A model generated the notes under the pieces. It made no database searches. It was not told the origin of the DNA and worked only from the letters and a program-made list of their open reading frames with translations. Positions 43,180 to 46,468 of a stretch of 46,468 bases of DNA are shown one piece after another. The position numbers and the translations under genes were made by a program. The DNA comes from Craspedostauros australis (lineage: Eukaryota), in contig JALAGF010004432.1 in NCBI GenBank assembly GCA_030167865.1, positions 1 to 46,468 on the forward strand, read 5' to 3'. Every line of letters starts with the position of its first letter. Within the stretch, counting starts at the first letter, position 1.

Positions 43180-44876
43180 TTCCAGCAGAACATTTGTCCC
43201 AACAGATACAATCCGGATTCGATGGATGAGAAGACAAGAAGCGCGAATGTGGGTGTGGGTGTGGTGGAAGACTGATGTTGTCGACAAGCTACGATCATGG
43301 GTGTACGTCGCTGTGTCACATCACACACAAGCACATGCACGATGGTACTCAAGTGCGACGGATGCGAGCAAAGGAAACGAGCGCAAACTCGAAGGTGGAA
43401 CTGGACAGCATTCGCATACCCAGGCAGGCGTAGGCGCAAGCGCAAGCAGACACAAGCATCAGAGCACATGTGGAAACAAGCAATCAACTCACCTGGATGA
43501 TCGATCGTTGGCGGAGCTCATGCTTGTACCAGTGCTTTTGCTGAACCTCGAATGGACAGGTCGGTCGCTGAAGGGTAGGAGCGCACGACAGCCTGTTCTC
43601 GAATTGCGCTGCTCTGAGTGTGAGGGAGACGGAGAGGAAGGGCTGTGTGCGCAGTGCTGTTGCCGATGAAGCAGGTGTGGTGCTGCGATTTGTTGTGGGA
43701 GGGGAAGGGAGAGTAGCGCATTACAACTTCCCTCGAATCGATGTGGATTCTTGGCAGCACGGTACCATACTGGGACGGGCACGAAGTGCGACGAGTAGCA
43801 CGATCTGCTTGTTGTTGCTGTTCTTGTTGCGCGGGTGCATCGAAGCTCGCGGAGCACTGTTTCGTTGAGCATTCTCATCTTTCTCGACACCCTCTTGGTC
43901 GCACACGTTGGCTTGTTCGCACTTTTGTTTGTTCGTGTTTGGAAGATCGGGTTCTCATTCGTCTACCTTCGTTTGTTGTAGACTTCAGTGACAACCAGAA
44001 ATCTGCGCTGACCTTTGGCCATCCCCTCGACACTGCAGCGTCTTCGTCGTATGATGCAAAACCGCTACGCCGTACGAGTAAGAGTACGAGTATGCTCGTG
44101 AGTTGATGATGCACAGCTTCGTTCGTTCAATGGTTCGTTTACTTGGAAGATGATTTGGATGGAACTGGGTTGCTATTGGTGTTCGTATGGGATGCCCACA
44201 ATGTCCCATTCTCCGCCATTGCCATGCGCACTTTGCCCCATACGCAACAAGGACAGAAACAGCAGTAATACTACTGGGCAACCGTGGAAGGAGACACGCT
44301 AAGTTTGGCCATACGCATGTCGTCAAGCACATGCTTCGATTCAGTGAGACTCACAATACTCGTGCATTTGGTACTGGTATGCATCAACATCTGAGACATC
44401 GCTGACAAAACGGTGCTGTATCATGCTTGTTTCTTCTCCCAAGTCGATGTGATAGAACGCTTGCTTCGATGGTACGATATGCGTCCGATGGTCAACATTC
44501 ACGCCCAATAGACAGCGGGATGAGGCTCAGCAGTTGCAAGGGAATGCTCCAACGAGAAAGTTGACATCAGGTACTGCACCATCGCATCATCAGGCGCAGT
44601 CCGCCGACGCATCCGCTTCATTCAAACCGCAGCAACCGCCACGCCAGCCATGCCGCTTGTGTGTGTGGTTTTGCGTACTCTGATGAAACGAGATGGCACT
44701 TGAACAACAGTAGAATAGCCGTTTATGATATGCGCACAGTTGTGTGATGTTGCACTAGAGAACTCTATCGACGATTGATTACAGTTAGCGGCCACTTCTT
44801 TTCCATCTGTCTCCACTACCTGCCGTTCCGAAGAGAGTCGAAACAATCGAACTATGGCCGAAGGGTCTCAAGGACC

Positions 44877-45569
44877 TCATGCGACGGCGTCCGCTTTCTC
44901 GGTGCAGCTGAAGGAGTCATGGGCGATCACGCACTTGTCCACGGTGCGGTAGTACTCGTGCGGACCATTCTTCAACGCATCGCACCATGCTGTTTCCCAA
45001 CGATGGGCCTTGTGTTCGGTCAATGCCGCTTGGAACTTCTTGGCGCCGGACTTCTTCACCTTGGCGTTGACCTTCTTTGCACTGCCACCATGCACCAGCG
45101 ACTTCACGACCGAAGATGCGCTTGCGGCGTAGAAGTCATCATCATCGTCATCATCGAAGAAGCAGTAGGGACAAAGGATGTCAGCCACGAAGCTGTAGTC
45201 CCACGAGATGGGCTGATGAGGCCAGGCGAGGCGGTTCATGTCTCCACCATCGAGAGTGTTGACACCAGCGGACGCTCCACGAAGGCCGGCAGCATCATTC
45301 TTCTTCATGGAGGCGACCAGACGCTTCTCTTCGAAGATGCCCATGAGATCGACCTTGTCGAAGGAGAGGTCTGGGTGCACATCGTGGAAGGTCTTCATGA
45401 ACATGCGGCGAGAGAAGTTGAGCTCCTCGATGGTTGGCTCGTGGGCATGATCGACTTCGCTGCCGATACCGAAGTGGGCCTGGATACCGCAGGTGTATCC
45501 AGCGGCGTCAGCGCATGGAGTGAAGGCGGTGGCGAAATGGTGCATCGCGATGGCCAACGGTGCGCGCAT
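44877..45569 (-). CDS. Hypothetical, probably extracellular protein with CxxC-polyAsp and WE...C...C motifs, 230 aa
   Basis: C/G-ending codon bias; motifs GLRG, LCPYCFFDDDDDDD, a Lys-rich block and HRWETAWCDALKNGP...VDKCVI. The N-terminus is only weakly signal-like, so the start is uncertain. Confidence 0.75.
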   Translation of the reverse strand: MRAPLAIAMHHFATAFTPCADAAGYTCGIQAHFGIGSEVDHAHEPTIEELNFSRRMFMKTFHDVHPDLSFDKVDLMGIFEEKRLVASMKKNDAAGLRGASAGVNTLDGGDMNRLAWPHQPISWDYSFVADILCPYCFFDDDDDDDFYAASASSVVKSLVHGGSAKKVNAKVKKSGAKKFQAALTEHKAHRWETAWCDALKNGPHEYYRTVDKCVIAHDSFSCTEKADAVA

Positions 45570-46468
45570 TCATGACTGTGTACGCACAAGGAGGAAGAAG
45601 CAGGTTTCTCACAGAAAGTTCCACGCAATACGTATTTTTGGAGAAGTGAGGCACGGTGATGACATCGCTGGTTGCAAGAGTTAGATGGCATCATCAGCAG
45701 CAGCGACGGCGGTGAAATATCCGATGACTGTTGGTGCACATTGACTCGCGGATTTGCTGCTGTGAAGGGTGTGAGCGCGACTGTAGAGGTGGCCGCTTCT
45801 CCTTCTTCTCTACCATTGGTGGGGCCCACTGTTCTTCAATCACGACCGATGCATCAACACTGGATGGGTGATGGAGTGACGGAGTATCGGCATGTGGAAA
45901 CGGGAGTCATCCTCACCAATCCCTCCATCATCAGGAGCGTCGATGACTCGCTGGCCGAACTTGTTGGGACCATGATCGTCCAACCCATTGCCTTGGTTCG
46001 TACAGTGTGTCGCGCATCGCGTATCGTGAGTAATCCAGGTGCGGTGCTCAGCAAGTCATGGTGCCGATTGGACTTCCCGTGGGGTACCTCATTGTTTGCG
46101 ATGATTGTGAATGTACTTGCGTTTGTGATTGTGATTGTGATTGTGGCAGTCTTGGTGCTCTCTCCTTGGCTTGGCCTCGGCTGCCATCATCGCAACTGCA
46201 TCTGTTTCTGCACCGTCAGTTGATGCGCAAAGATCTTGTTCTTCTCTGCCGGCGCAACGCGTTGTTCTCACAGAAGAAGCGGAGTTGGCAATCACTTGAT
46301 ACCATCAAATTGGACCAATGAAAACACTACACGAACAGTTCGAATCAATGGCTTGAGTCGCGGCTATTGATCGATCGCATTCGATGTGCTTCTTATTGAT
46401 GACCAGACTCATTCGTCAACTACAATGGTCGCACTAGTCGAAGATTCCCTTTCTGGTGTTGTTGCGGA

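Noticed and set aside
44180-44600. Possible decayed ankyrin fragment on the minus strand (AMVQYLM, YGQT, WDIV)
   Set aside because: Only scattered 4-6 residue resemblances interrupted by stops; no complete repeat.

Overview
Eukaryotic nuclear DNA, almost certainly from a diatom and probably a raphid pennate. This is inferred from GT-AG introns that restore conserved reading frames, several bipartite 'ASAFAP'-type plastid presequences, three diatom-style heat-shock factors and abundant microsatellites. About 17 protein-coding genes are supportable: a partial prolyl 4-hydroxylase, three HSFs, a duplicated-domain coiled-coil protein, a SIVA-like zinc-finger protein with a PIP box, a PhyH dioxygenase, CMC2, LCB1, two small plastid-targeted proteins, a YacP/NYN nuclease, a cyanobacterial-type MPBQ/MSBQ methyltransferase, a GH18 chitinase-like protein, ABHD13/Bem46, an ankyrin-repeat protein and a Cys/Asp-motif protein. 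The standout is an intronless ~1,520-aa single-module NRPS-like enzyme (34457-39013). It joins a fatty acyl-AMP ligase (FAAL) and a carrier domain to three transmembrane-pair/left-handed beta-helix repeats. This is the architecture of the membrane-bound epsilon-poly-L-lysine synthetase (Pls), but with a fatty-acid-activating domain. A strongly CpG-depleted ~0.95-kb block, likely a methylated repeat relic, follows it. No rRNA, tRNA or CRISPR was seen. All family calls come from motif recognition by eye; no searches were run.
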